Shown: piece after piece, positions 1 to 8,050 of the stretch | How positions within the stretch are numbered: position 1 is the first letter of the stretch | Layout of the letters: the number at the start of each line of letters is the position of its first letter | Source: a virus | Lineage: Duplodnaviria; Caudoviricetes | Virus record (IMG/VR): IMGVR_UViG_3300025389_000060 | Location: 1 to 33,494 of that record | Length of the DNA: 33,494 nucleotides | Reading direction: 5' to 3' (one strand) | Made by a program: the position numbers and the translations under genes | The notes under the pieces: model-generated | What the model was told of the DNA's origin: nothing | Seen by the model: the letters and a program-made list of their open reading frames with translations, nothing else | The model's database searches: none

Positions 1-1607
1 GGGCCTTGTTTCGCTTGTGCTTGCTGTTTTTGCTGCTCGGCTTGCTTGGCTTCTAACTTCTTCAAGTCTTCTTTCAAGTGTTGCTTCATAGGCGGGTCGA
101 TCAAGTCAAGCAACGACTCTTTACTGATAACGCCTTCTTTAAACAAGTTGAAAGCCAACTGACGGTTGTCTTCCATAAAGATGGGCGAGTTAGAGTGGGC
201 ATCCACCTTAACAACAAAGTTCTCTGTGAACTGCTCGGCAATAAACGGACGGTTCTCTGTGTCTTTGAAGTGAGTGGGGTCATACTTTTGCATGACTTTC
301 AAATACAGAGTTGCCAGCTTCTCAAGGCTGTCCTCGATTACCAGAGCGCGTTTTTTGGTGCGGCTAGAGCCAAGACGAGCAAGCTGAGAAGCATGTCCAG
401 CAGAGCGAACGCCAGACTCACCTTTACCTTGTAGAACATTTCCAATCCCCGATGCCTCTTCAAACATGGCATCTATCTCATGAATCTCGTTAAACAAGTC
501 GGCAGGCATGGTAGGAGCTAACTTCTCCACCTTTGCGTTCGGCATGTCGGTTGCTAACAAACCGCCAGCGCGGTTGAGAGCAAAGTTCTTCTCGTCCAGA
601 ATACCCGTAAAACCAATCAGCGCAGTGGGAGGGGAGACTTGCTTGGACAGCAAATCCATGATCTCACCCATACGCTTGTTACGGAGCTGCTGGAGGTAGA
701 CCAGACGGTTAACTTCTGAGCCGCCCCAGTAGTAGTCATAGAGCGGGTTGGGAGCAATCTGAACAAAAGGCAGCTCGCCTTTCAAGAACATTTGCTCGCC
801 AGGACGGTCATAGATGATGATGTCGGGGTCTGCTTTGGTGACGACTTGGTAGTCTTCTGTGTCGTCGTTCCACAGCCAGAGTTCAATCATCTCAACGGTA
901 GGCTCGGACACTTCTGCTTTGTAGCGCATAGTGCCGTTCAAGTCTAAGTTCACGTTACCCATCAGTTGTGGGTTTGACTGAGACATGATGATGCGGTCTA
1001 CACCGTTGGGAGTTTCTGTACGCACATGCTCCATAAAGGAGAGCTTGCGAACAATAGCGTCACGCCGGGGGTGGCTATACAGTTGAGAGTACAGCTCGGA
1101 CTTGGTGATGTAGTAACGCTGGATGATTGCTTCTTGGCGATCTGTGTAAGCAATATCCTCACGCAGCACACCCATCGCTTGAGGCTCAACCATGTAGGGG
1201 TGGATGCTGCCACCCTTCTTCACAACGGCTTTAACGTAAGTGGTGTTGTACACCAGCGCCCAAGTCACAGCAGAGGCGAATACTTGGTCAGCGTTTGAGT
1301 TTAGCCACTCGTCGTTGAGAGCGCGGGTCAGGACGGGAATCTTGAATTGCTCTAGGGGGCTGACATCAGCACCTGTGTTGATACTGAAGCGTGTGGTTTC
1401 TGCTGAATAGAGAAACGAGGTGAGCTGGTCGATGTGAGGGAAAATCTTGTTGTACAGAGCTGGTGGCTCGGTTGGCTCAGCACCAAACAAATACCAGCTC
1501 CGCAAGATCCCTGCATCTACCTGACGTTGTTGCATGGAGACGGAACATTTTTCTATCACATCGAGATAGAAGCGTTCGCGGTCTTCTGGATCGTCAGGGA
1601 TTCTCAT
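1..1607 (-). CDS. Portal protein (3' end runs off the window)
   Basis: Not in the ORF track. Read by hand from ATG 1607 (ATGA overlap with the upstream stop): MRIPDDPEDRERFYLDVIEKC...YNKIFPHIDQLTSFL...KGELPFVQIAPNPLYDYYWGGSEV...QQLRNKR...MFEEASG, open for more than 530 codons. Size, the PF..P...W.G.S motif and position after terL fit a P22-like portal. Confidence 0.85.
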   Translation of the reverse strand, partial: MRIPDDPEDRERFYLDVIEKCSVSMQQRQVDAGILRSWYLFGAEPTEPPALYNKIFPHIDQLTSFLYSAETTRFSINTGADVSPLEQFKIPVLTRALNDEWLNSNADQVFASAVTWALVYNTTYVKAVVKKGGSIHPYMVEPQAMGVLREDIAYTDRQEAIIQRYYITKSELYSQLYSHPRRDAIVRKLSFMEHVRTETPNGVDRIIMSQSNPQLMGNVNLDLNGTMRYKAEVSEPTVEMIELWLWNDDTEDYQVVTKADPDIIIYDRPGEQMFLKGELPFVQIAPNPLYDYYWGGSEVNRLVYLQQLRNKRMGEIMDLLSKQVSPPTALIGFTGILDEKNFALNRAGGLLATDMPNAKVEKLAPTMPADLFNEIHEIDAMFEEASGIGNVLQGKGESGVRSAGHASQLARLGSSRTKKRALVIEDSLEKLATLYLKVMQKYDPTHFKDTENRPFIAEQFTENFVVKVDAHSNSPIFMEDNRQLAFNLFKEGVISKESLLDLIDPPMKQHLKEDLKKLEAKQAEQQKQQAQAKQG

Positions 1608-2161
1608 TCTTTAGGCAATGCAAGGTTGTCTTGATCGGGAATGTAACTCGCCACCTTTGGGCCTGTCAAGTTACCTGCGTCTGAGGGCCTAAACCCAACA
1701 GATTCGCCTTTAATGGATTGTACCGCACGGCCCGACAAAACGGACTGCATACTAAATCTATTATCACCTCCCCACACTGCGGCGTCACCTGGGCGGGCTT
1801 CTCGGGGTTGCGGGGCCTCTGTAGAGATGCCATTCTCTGCTGCATGGTGCATAGCTTGGCGTTTCATCTCGTCTATCGCCCCACTTGCGTGTTTATATTC
1901 TGCTTCTGAGAGCTTATTGTCCTTTGTAAGGAAGCCAGTCTGACTTTCCCCTGCTCTGGTGCTTTGAATGTCGTTCATCCCAAAGTCTTGGGCCAGTCCA
2001 CGGACAGTTTTGTCTGTATTCTTGGTTTTATCCGAGATTAGACCTGGTGCTTGCAAGATGACGTTGTGAATTTCGCCTGTACAGCCTTTGATAGGGCATT
2101 TTGCGTCCCAGCCCTCAAAGTATGAGTGTACAGAGCAGTGATAGTCCCGTAGTATTGCCAT
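1604..2161 (-). CDS. Hypothetical protein with N-terminal zinc-ribbon-like motif (FmdB-like)
   Basis: DYHCSVH...KCPIKGC at the N-terminus; translationally coupled to the portal gene. Confidence 0.6.
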   Translation of the reverse strand: MAILRDYHCSVHSYFEGWDAKCPIKGCTGEIHNVILQAPGLISDKTKNTDKTVRGLAQDFGMNDIQSTRAGESQTGFLTKDNKLSEAEYKHASGAIDEMKRQAMHHAAENGISTEAPQPREARPGDAAVWGGDNRFSMQSVLSGRAVQSIKGESVGFRPSDAGNLTGPKVASYIPDQDNLALPKE

Positions 2162-2164
2162 AAG

Positions 2165-2560
2165 TTACCCTCTTAGTGCTTCATCAAGGTCGTAGGTTGA
2201 ATAATCTCGTCGGTTGACCATTCCCAGCGAGATTTTTGGCCCGTCAGAGGTCATTTTGACCCCCATACTGGGCACGATGACTGGCTCAGCCTTTTGTTTG
2301 TACTCTACAAACCGTGTCATGTCCTTGCGACGCATCACACGCACACGGCCTTCTTTCCATTCTCTATATCCTTTGTTAACCCGTATCTGGGTTGTCTCTG
2401 TCATGGGCAAGTCCTCTATCAAGAAGACCCGCTCCATAAGCGTTTGTGAGATGCCGCACAGTTCTGAGAACATTACCTGAGAGATACCGCGATGAGGGTC
2501 TTTCAGGAAGCGTTTAACCTGCCTTAGCAGCTCTTTCTTAGGCAATGGGCGTGGATCCAT
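2165..2560 (-). CDS. Hypothetical protein, possible HTH DNA-binding
   Basis: ISQVMFSELCGISQTLMERV resembles an HTH; overlaps the terL 3' end. Start placed at MDPRP. Confidence 0.55.
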   Translation of the reverse strand: MDPRPLPKKELLRQVKRFLKDPHRGISQVMFSELCGISQTLMERVFLIEDLPMTETTQIRVNKGYREWKEGRVRVMRRKDMTRFVEYKQKAEPVIVPSMGVKMTSDGPKISLGMVNRRDYSTYDLDEALRG

Positions 2561-4304
2561 AAAGACCAATCCCTTTCAGGTAATTGCTGACGTTGCGACC
2601 CACAGAAATTTGTTCTGGAGTCATTTCTTCTTGCTTCTTAGAGATTTCGCGTGTGATCTTTTGAGCTATCAATCTTGGCTGCACTTGCTCAGCGTAGGCC
2701 ACCACAGCAAGGGCAGAGGCAAGAACTCTGTCATCCTTAGCACGACCAGGTGCTCCCAAGAAACCGTCCTCACGCACGATGGTTTTCATTTCTTCCAGCG
2801 TGTCCATGCTGTAGATTTTCATCATCTCGCGCTCAAAGTAATCCTTCATGTAGTTCATCATCCGCTCTTTAGAGTTGTGAGTGGTGACGTACCCCACGGA
2901 GTTAGAAAGCCCACCAAGGGTGTCATTACGCCGCCAGATGTAGTTTTGCATACTGCCAAGGACGTCCATAAGGCCACGACCCATATCGCCTCCTGTAGCG
3001 GCTGCATGGCGTTTCAGGTTGCGGATCTCGTTAATAACTGCTTGTCCCGGGCCGTTAACCTCAAGGTTAAGGGTGGAGTTTTTGTATGCTCCGGCAAGGT
3101 GGGCGATGATCCAGGCGAACTGGTAGGTATTGAGTTCTGAGGTGGCAAACTCAGCCACTTGGTCGAGACCGTTAGCATAGACTCGATACACTTGAATACA
3201 AAATCGGTCTGCCCAGTCTGAGGATCCGTAGGCAGGATCTGCACCGATGACGTAGTAAGCAGTGTCAATGGGTTGCTCCCAGATCTTGAGTGTACACAGT
3301 CGCTCAGTTGCTCGCACGACTTGGGTGTCTTGGAACAGACTACCAAACACGTAGGTGTAGGCTTCATAAGGTTTTGTCTTCGCAATCTTAGCTGCGTCTG
3401 TACAGCGGGAGTTAGAAAAGAAGCTAGTGCCTGTCATCACAAAGGCATAGTCTTCTGTAGGGGGAAACTCTTGGTACATCAGGGACTCGTCTTTAATCCC
3501 TTCTGTCATTTTCCAGCGCCACCAAGCTATCTGGCGGGAGTTGATCTCGTAATTGTAGAGCTTCTTAATGTCCTTGACCCACTCCTTCTCTTCAGGCTTT
3601 AGTCTGCCGTTCCAGTAGGCTTTGTACTCAGGGGTCTCAGCATCAATCATGTAGTACTCGTTACGCCACCAACCACAAAAGATGGCTTTCTGGGTACGAG
3701 CAGTCTTGGCGGTCTTGTACATGTCGTGAAACATGTTGAAGCCTTGTGCGGTGCTCTCAAACATGTAGAGCCGCTCAGGGTTCTTCTCAGCAAGAGAGGC
3801 TATCAGAGAGGCCAATCCCTCTTCGTTTCCCCACGAGGCAGTTTCTGTGCCGTGAAGGTAAGTGATCGCCTTGCCTTGCCCCAAACGAGATTTATTGCCA
3901 GCGATCTGATAAAAAATTCTTGATCTGTTCTTGAGTACAAGCTGGTTTCTATTGTGGGCAGATAACGGGATCTTGTACTGTTTGGGGAGTCCTTCCATGT
4001 ACATGCCCAGAGTCGAGCGGAACATGTCACGGTTTTCCTCCGTATCAGCCACCAGCGTTCCCTGCCAGCCTGGGTGCGTAAACTGCCAGTAGAGGTCGAG
4101 AGCCAACGATATTGTCGTGATACCCAACTGACGACCCTTGAGGATAACAAAGAAGTGAATGTCATTGTCTAACCCTTTTGCTATCTCACTCATCGTGTAA
4201 GTCTGAGTACCCAGCAGCTTACCCATCTTTTGTAAGCCAGCTTCCTTAGTCTCAATCTTCAATTCTGCACAGAACTTGTAGAACTGCTGGAGATTAAATT
4301 TCAT
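2538..4304 (-). CDS. terL: Terminase large subunit
   Basis: 588 aa; Walker A region ILKGRQLGITT, variant Walker B YLHGTE, coupling motif FESTAQG, RNase H-like nuclease motifs IGADPAYG, LEVNGPG and DDRVLA. Confidence 0.95.
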   Translation of the reverse strand: MKFNLQQFYKFCAELKIETKEAGLQKMGKLLGTQTYTMSEIAKGLDNDIHFFVILKGRQLGITTISLALDLYWQFTHPGWQGTLVADTEENRDMFRSTLGMYMEGLPKQYKIPLSAHNRNQLVLKNRSRIFYQIAGNKSRLGQGKAITYLHGTETASWGNEEGLASLIASLAEKNPERLYMFESTAQGFNMFHDMYKTAKTARTQKAIFCGWWRNEYYMIDAETPEYKAYWNGRLKPEEKEWVKDIKKLYNYEINSRQIAWWRWKMTEGIKDESLMYQEFPPTEDYAFVMTGTSFFSNSRCTDAAKIAKTKPYEAYTYVFGSLFQDTQVVRATERLCTLKIWEQPIDTAYYVIGADPAYGSSDWADRFCIQVYRVYANGLDQVAEFATSELNTYQFAWIIAHLAGAYKNSTLNLEVNGPGQAVINEIRNLKRHAAATGGDMGRGLMDVLGSMQNYIWRRNDTLGGLSNSVGYVTTHNSKERMMNYMKDYFEREMMKIYSMDTLEEMKTIVREDGFLGAPGRAKDDRVLASALAVVAYAEQVQPRLIAQKITREISKKQEEMTPEQISVGRNVSNYLKGIGLYGSTPIA

Positions 4305-4543
4305 TATGGTTTCCCCATTTGTTCATCTGTCCACCCCGCTATCTCCCAAGCAACATCTCTGTTCCTAGCCAGCCGGATCAACTCCTTGTAATGCCACTCA
4401 CTGTATTTTGCTTTCCAAGACTTAGCTAGCTTAATCTTTTGCTGCTTCCTAGTGCAGTGCATGGCAACAAGCATTTCTCTTTTCATCTGCAAGCGCGATT
4501 CGTACAACTGTGTCCGTAACGCCACGCTCATAACCTGTCTCAT
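4304..4543 (-). CDS. Hypothetical basic protein
   Basis: Its stop overlaps the terL start; start codon uncertain. Confidence 0.55.
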   Translation of the reverse strand: MRQVMSVALRTQLYESRLQMKREMLVAMHCTRKQQKIKLAKSWKAKYSEWHYKELIRLARNRDVAWEIAGWTDEQMGKP

Positions 4544-4664
4544 AAACTTTTTGTAATTGCTGCTGCTGCATCACCCGCACGGCCTCACTCTGGTAAAGAC
4601 GGATCAACAACAGGTTGCATTGCCACCTTAGTTCATCTTCATCCATCCAGAGGAAATCAGTCAT
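4449..4664 (-). CDS. Hypothetical protein
   Basis: AAGGA RBS before MTDFLWMDEDELR; 71 aa. Confidence 0.55.
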   Translation of the reverse strand: MTDFLWMDEDELRWQCNLLLIRLYQSEAVRVMQQQQLQKVYETGYERGVTDTVVRIALADEKRNACCHALH

Positions 4665-4692
4665 GATTTTCCTTGTCAACCATACAGCACCT

Positions 4693-4917
4693 TTATCTGG
4701 TTCTCCATACTCTGACCCTACCTTCTTCTGTTCGTGCCTCAAAAGCCCTAGCAAGGCGCTTGCCAGCCCTGTAGTTGGCATTGAGCACCTTCGCTCTAGC
4801 CTCCAGCGGCACAACAAAAGAATCCCCTATGTCCATCACCTCGTAAGGGTAGTCATACACCACCCGACTTACAGGCATCTTTATATCTCTATCTATCTCT
4901 ATCTTCACACTAGGCAT
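4693..4917 (-). CDS. Small phage protein (YP..M..GDSF...RVWR type), possibly DNA-binding
   Basis: GAGGG RBS; MPSVKIEID...YPYEVMDIGDSFVVP...GRVRVWRTR, a pattern I recognise from small phage proteins. First gene of the late arm. Confidence 0.7.
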   Translation of the reverse strand: MPSVKIEIDRDIKMPVSRVVYDYPYEVMDIGDSFVVPLEARAKVLNANYRAGKRLARAFEARTEEGRVRVWRTR

Positions 4918-4953
4918 ACAACCCTCTCTACATATATCTGCACTATACACTCG

Positions 4954-4979
4954 AAAAAAAGCCCGCACAAGTGGCGGGC
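4954..4979 (-). terminator. Intrinsic terminator-like hairpin upstream of the late operon
   Basis: Minus strand reads GCCCGC-cacttgt-GCGGGC-TTTTTTT. Confidence 0.65.
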
Positions 4980-5130
4980 ATAAAGTGAACAAGTGCAACT
5001 GCGAATTGCAGGGAAATAGTAGCAGGGTTTCCTGCGGAAAACTAGAAAATTTTTATGGGGGGGTAATGTGGGGGGCACACCTTTTCACCCCCTCCGTCCC
5101 CATTCAAGTTCCACACCTCACATGTAATGA

Positions 5131-5210
5131 CTGAGCACTATGTCAACGTGTCCATTCCCTAATTGAGCACATGCCGAGCACTGAGCACTGGCTAAGCACT
5201 AAGCAAGCAA
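5131..5210. repeat. Short (G/A)AGCAC repeat cluster
   Basis: tgagcacta, tgagcacat, cgagcactg, tgagcactg, taagcacta, aagcaagcaa in the non-coding divergent region. Confidence 0.7.
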
Positions 5211-5280
5211 GGTGAAAACAATTGTCGCCCAAGTGGGCAGAGGGTGACAATATCCCCTCACCTTATACAAACTGACAATC

Positions 5281-5362
5281 ACACAAACTAGTAACACACT
5301 ACACACACAGTAATTAGAATACTAGCAATAACTAGTATAACAACTAGTGTAACACTAGTGTG
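5281..5362. repeat. ACTAG(T) repeat cluster
   Basis: Five ACTAG(T) copies, the last a full ACACTAGTGT palindrome; the same unit recurs at 8948-9146. Confidence 0.7.
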
Positions 5363-5428
5363 CAGAGCATAAGACACATGTCCGGCATACTGTGTTTATT
5401 CCCATAAGTAGAATTCCTAGGTCTTATA

Positions 5429-5441
5429 AATCAACAACTTA
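5429..5441 (+). promoter_or_regulatory. IHF-binding site
   Basis: AATCAACAACTTA matches the IHF consensus WATCAANNNNTTR; the 17-mer TAAATCAACAACTTACG recurs exactly at 12377-12393. Confidence 0.6.
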
Positions 5442-5531
5442 CGCTAGCTGGCACGATTCTGTTATGCACTATATGTGAAAGGGTCAGAAATGATGCTTTC
5501 AATTCCTAACTTAACTTTGAGGTCAGTGACC

Positions 5532-5873
5532 ATGAAAAACGATCGTAAATACTTTGATGCAGCTAAGGCCATGCGCTCTGGTGGTTCCTTTGCTTCTGCT
5601 ATTTCTGATGCTTACTTTGCGGCAGACCCTGCCAACAAGGAAACACTGTTAAACGCATTTAAAGGGCTTTTTGACAGCTTTGTGCGCTCCTACCATAACG
5701 AGGTCTTAGACCACATCTCTGCATGCTCTCCATGCTCGTTTAAAACGATTGAGCATTTTGTAAAAGAACAATTGCCGGATGATGTTGACACCGGCGACAT
5801 TGTTCAAGCGTTGATTGACAAGGGTTTGATTACGTTTGACCACTCTATGCAGGCTTATGAGGTGAGTGCTTAA
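5532..5873 (+). CDS. Early hypothetical protein
   Basis: GAGG RBS; MKNDRKYF...GGSFASAISDAYFAADPANK; first plus-strand gene. Confidence 0.75.
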   Translation: MKNDRKYFDAAKAMRSGGSFASAISDAYFAADPANKETLLNAFKGLFDSFVRSYHNEVLDHISACSPCSFKTIEHFVKEQLPDDVDTGDIVQALIDKGLITFDHSMQAYEVSA

Positions 5874-5934
5874 CATTTCAACTAGTAACCTCACGCGTGG
5901 GGTTACTGGGTGCAATGTTGCATCATCCTAATTT
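5868..5934 (+). repeat. Intergenic long hairpin, copy 1 (RNase III site-like)
   Basis: AACATT..CTAGTAACC-loop-GGTTACTGG..AATGTT followed by TCCTAATTT and the RBS. Confidence 0.7.
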
Positions 5935-5949
5935 GAGGAGCTAGTAGCC

Positions 5950-6147
5950 ATGAAATTCGCTTTTATCCCTAAACAGTCTTACAAGATCGGCCAAATCATT
6001 AAGGTGCATGGCAAGCGCATGCGTGTTGAGAGCTACACACACACGGGCAAGAATGTCACTGTTTGCACTTTAGTAGGTGCACCCAAATTTGAGCGCATTG
6101 TTTGTGTATGCACGGATTCGCCAGCTATTGAAGCTGTAACCGCTTAA
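5950..6147 (+). CDS. Early hypothetical protein
   Basis: GAGGAG RBS; 65 aa. Confidence 0.75.
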   Translation: MKFAFIPKQSYKIGQIIKVHGKRMRVESYTHTGKNVTVCTLVGAPKFERIVCVCTDSPAIEAVTA

Positions 6148-6210
6148 CATTTCAGCTAGTAGCTGTGTGACAGACAGTTACTAGAAGCAATGTTGCTTCA
6201 TTCCTAACTT
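6142..6210 (+). repeat. Intergenic long hairpin, copy 2
   Basis: AACATT..CTAGTAGCTGT-loop-ACAGTTACTAG..AATGTT followed by TCCTAACTT. Confidence 0.7.
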
Positions 6211-6224
6211 TAAAGGGCTGTGCT

Positions 6225-6539
6225 ATGTCAAATGTAAAAGATCATGTTCAATCTATCGCCAAGACTCTCAGCGAGGGCTTCGGCGACGAACTCAACCATG
6301 AGGGCGAATCGTTCTCAGCGTTCGACTATTTGCAGGATGCGCTTGATATTGAATACATTGTCAATAGCAAGCGTGAGTATTTAGGTGCTCGGGTACTTGT
6401 CGCCTTTGGTGGGCCTAACATTTGGATCAACACTCGCACGGGTACTGTAGAGGGGCATTGGTGGGGTGACAGCGCTACCGCCTCATTCACTGACGCTATC
6501 GGCCTTGATGACGCTCTCTCTGAACTTTATAACTGCTAA
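6225..6539 (+). CDS. Acidic phage hypothetical protein
   Basis: GARVLVAFGGPNIWINT...WWG; AAAGGG RBS. Confidence 0.8.
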   Translation: MSNVKDHVQSIAKTLSEGFGDELNHEGESFSAFDYLQDALDIEYIVNSKREYLGARVLVAFGGPNIWINTRTGTVEGHWWGDSATASFTDAIGLDDALSELYNC

Positions 6540-6550
6540 GAGGTGACACC

Positions 6551-6694
6551 ATGAAAACTTTTAAAGATGTTTCCATAGGTGAGACGTTTTATTTTGCTGG
6601 GGGACTTTGGATTAAAAAATCCAGTCGCACCGCATGGATAGCAAATAAGACTCAATTCTTTTATTTTGGCAAGAATGAGGGGGTGACAGAATGA
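6551..6694 (+). CDS. Small hypothetical protein (47 aa)
   Basis: GAGGTG RBS; MKTFKDVSIGETFYFAGGLWIKKSSRTA...; read by hand. Confidence 0.65.
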   Translation: MKTFKDVSIGETFYFAGGLWIKKSSRTAWIANKTQFFYFGKNEGVTE

Positions 6695-6783
6695 AAAGCC
6701 TATTTCTTGACCTTATCCGTGCTCTTGTCTTTGTGGCCTTATTTGCAGGGCCTGCCGCTCTCATGATGTATTTCAAGGGGTAA
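6691..6783 (+). CDS. 30-aa single-pass membrane peptide
   Basis: ATGA overlap; MKSLFLDLIRALVFVALFAGPAALMMYFKG. Confidence 0.6.
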   Translation: MKSLFLDLIRALVFVALFAGPAALMMYFKG

Positions 6784-6786
6784 ACC

Positions 6787-7044
6787 ATGTTAACAACTGA
6801 TTTCACCGGCACTTACGATTACGAGCAAGAAGAGGCAAAACACGCGGCCTCTTACATCCTTAACGATGTTTATGACGGTTATACAAACCCAGAGGAATTG
6901 CCCTTCACGCTAGAGAAAGAGCGTCAACACTGGAAAAAACACCTTCCAGATACTTTCGAGGAATTTGACAAGCACTTCATTCAATTCATCTCTGATGGCT
7001 TAGAACACGCCCTCAAGGGCTATAAATTGTCACAAGAGGGGTAA
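6787..7044 (+). CDS. Acidic hypothetical protein
   Basis: AAGGGG RBS; 85 aa. Confidence 0.7.
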   Translation: MLTTDFTGTYDYEQEEAKHAASYILNDVYDGYTNPEELPFTLEKERQHWKKHLPDTFEEFDKHFIQFISDGLEHALKGYKLSQEG

Positions 7045-7047
7045 ACC

Positions 7048-7236
7048 ATGAATGACGACTGGCCCACTACGCGCACCTACCCCCGCTCACTCGCAGAGGC
7101 TTTCCCTCATGATCCTGAGAACGCATGTGCTATCACTGTATACACGTCAAAACCTCTTGACCGCTCTGACATTGTGACGATATGCTGCACTGTTATCGTC
7201 TTATCCCTCACTATCCTTCCATTTATTCATCACTGA
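7048..7236 (+). CDS. Hypothetical protein with C-terminal TM helix
   Basis: TRTYPRSLAEAFP motif and hydrophobic C-terminus. Confidence 0.7.
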   Translation: MNDDWPTTRTYPRSLAEAFPHDPENACAITVYTSKPLDRSDIVTICCTVIVLSLTILPFIHH

Positions 7237-7246
7237 AAGGTTGACC

Positions 7247-7561
7247 ATGTTTCCTAACTCGCACCCCCCCCCACGCATACACGCACCCGACAGGGCACGT
7301 AAAAACGACCCAGAGACGTCAAAAGAGGCTGGACGTAGTGCACCTACTGCAAAACACTTTGAGGCCATTCTAGGGGCTTTAAACGAGTTTGGCCCCCTAG
7401 GTGTCCACGGTATCGCTACTGTTGCTGATTTAGACCCCTCGCAGGTGTTCAGGCGCATGACTGAGCTTGAACGTATGGGCTTTGTGAGGCTTACAGGTTA
7501 CAAAGTGTCGTCCCCTAGTAGCAGGGCTGAACGTGAATGGGAGGCTGTCACTCATGACTGA
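7247..7561 (+). CDS. Winged-HTH DNA-binding protein
   Basis: ARKNDPETSKEAG followed by ILGALNEFGPLGVHGIA...LDPSQVFRRMTELERMGFV (wHTH pattern). Confidence 0.75.
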   Translation: MFPNSHPPPRIHAPDRARKNDPETSKEAGRSAPTAKHFEAILGALNEFGPLGVHGIATVADLDPSQVFRRMTELERMGFVRLTGYKVSSPSSRAEREWEAVTHD

Positions 7562-7763
7562 CGAACAAATTATTGAGATGGCTAAACAGGTTGGCATAAA
7601 ACGGCGCACTGATAAGTTTTTCTCAGAATATTGTGACGGTATTTATGATGATGATCTTAAAGCCTTTGCCGAACTGGTAGCACAGCATGAGCGTGAGGCG
7701 TGTGCAAAAGTGTTTGCCAAAGTAGCAGCACATCTCGCTATACAGGAGATAAAGCATGACTGA
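7554..7763 (+). CDS. Hypothetical protein
   Basis: MTDEQIIEMAKQVG...FAELVAQHEREACAK; coupled to its neighbours. Confidence 0.7.
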   Translation: MTDEQIIEMAKQVGIKRRTDKFFSEYCDGIYDDDLKAFAELVAQHEREACAKVFAKVAAHLAIQEIKHD

Positions 7764-7917
7764 ACAAGAAATCCTAGACCAGATGGAAAAGATTAAAGAG
7801 GCACAGGCACATTGGCAGAGCGCACAGGATGGCTCTTACGAGATGGCCCTGCACTACGCAGGCTACACACGCCTGAGGAATGAACTTAAAGCATTAAGGG
7901 AGGCTAAGCATGACTGA
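7756..7917 (+). CDS. Hypothetical protein (53 aa)
   Basis: AGGAG RBS; MTEQEILDQMEK...EAKHD; read by hand. Confidence 0.6.
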   Translation: MTEQEILDQMEKIKEAQAHWQSAQDGSYEMALHYAGYTRLRNELKALREAKHD

Positions 7918-8050
7918 ATGTGTTTGGAAAAAAATTTCGAGATACGAATGGAAAACGCACTGCGGGGCAAAAAAGCTGTTGTTCTGCGGATTCTGGAATG
8001 GTCTTAAATGCACTTGTGGCAAATACGCAAAAGAAAAGAAGAACACATGA
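7910..8050 (+). CDS. Small Cys-rich protein (46 aa)
   Basis: GGGAGG RBS; MTECVW...THCG...KCTCGK...KNT; read by hand. Confidence 0.6.
   Translation: MTECVWKKISRYEWKTHCGAKKLLFCGFWNGLKCTCGKYAKEKKNT

Noticed and set aside
78-1684. Short ORF-track calls over the first 1.7 kb, and similar antisense ORFs over the late genes
   Set aside because: They are shadows or alternative frames of the long portal and structural genes.
3840-3870. Inactive terminase because Walker B reads LHGTE rather than hhhhDE
   Set aside because: LHxSE/TE-type variants occur in terminases and all other motifs are intact.
5449-5468. Canonical sigma54 promoter
   Set aside because: The GG to GC spacing is 14 nt, not the required 10; kept only as a half-site observation.
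5868-6210. Integron attC sites (GCTTAAC fits RYYYAAC and contains the stop codon)
   Set aside because: The right end GTTGCAT/GTTGCTT does not fit GTTRRRY, the elements are short, no tyrosine recombinase is present, and G-U pairing favours RNA hairpins.
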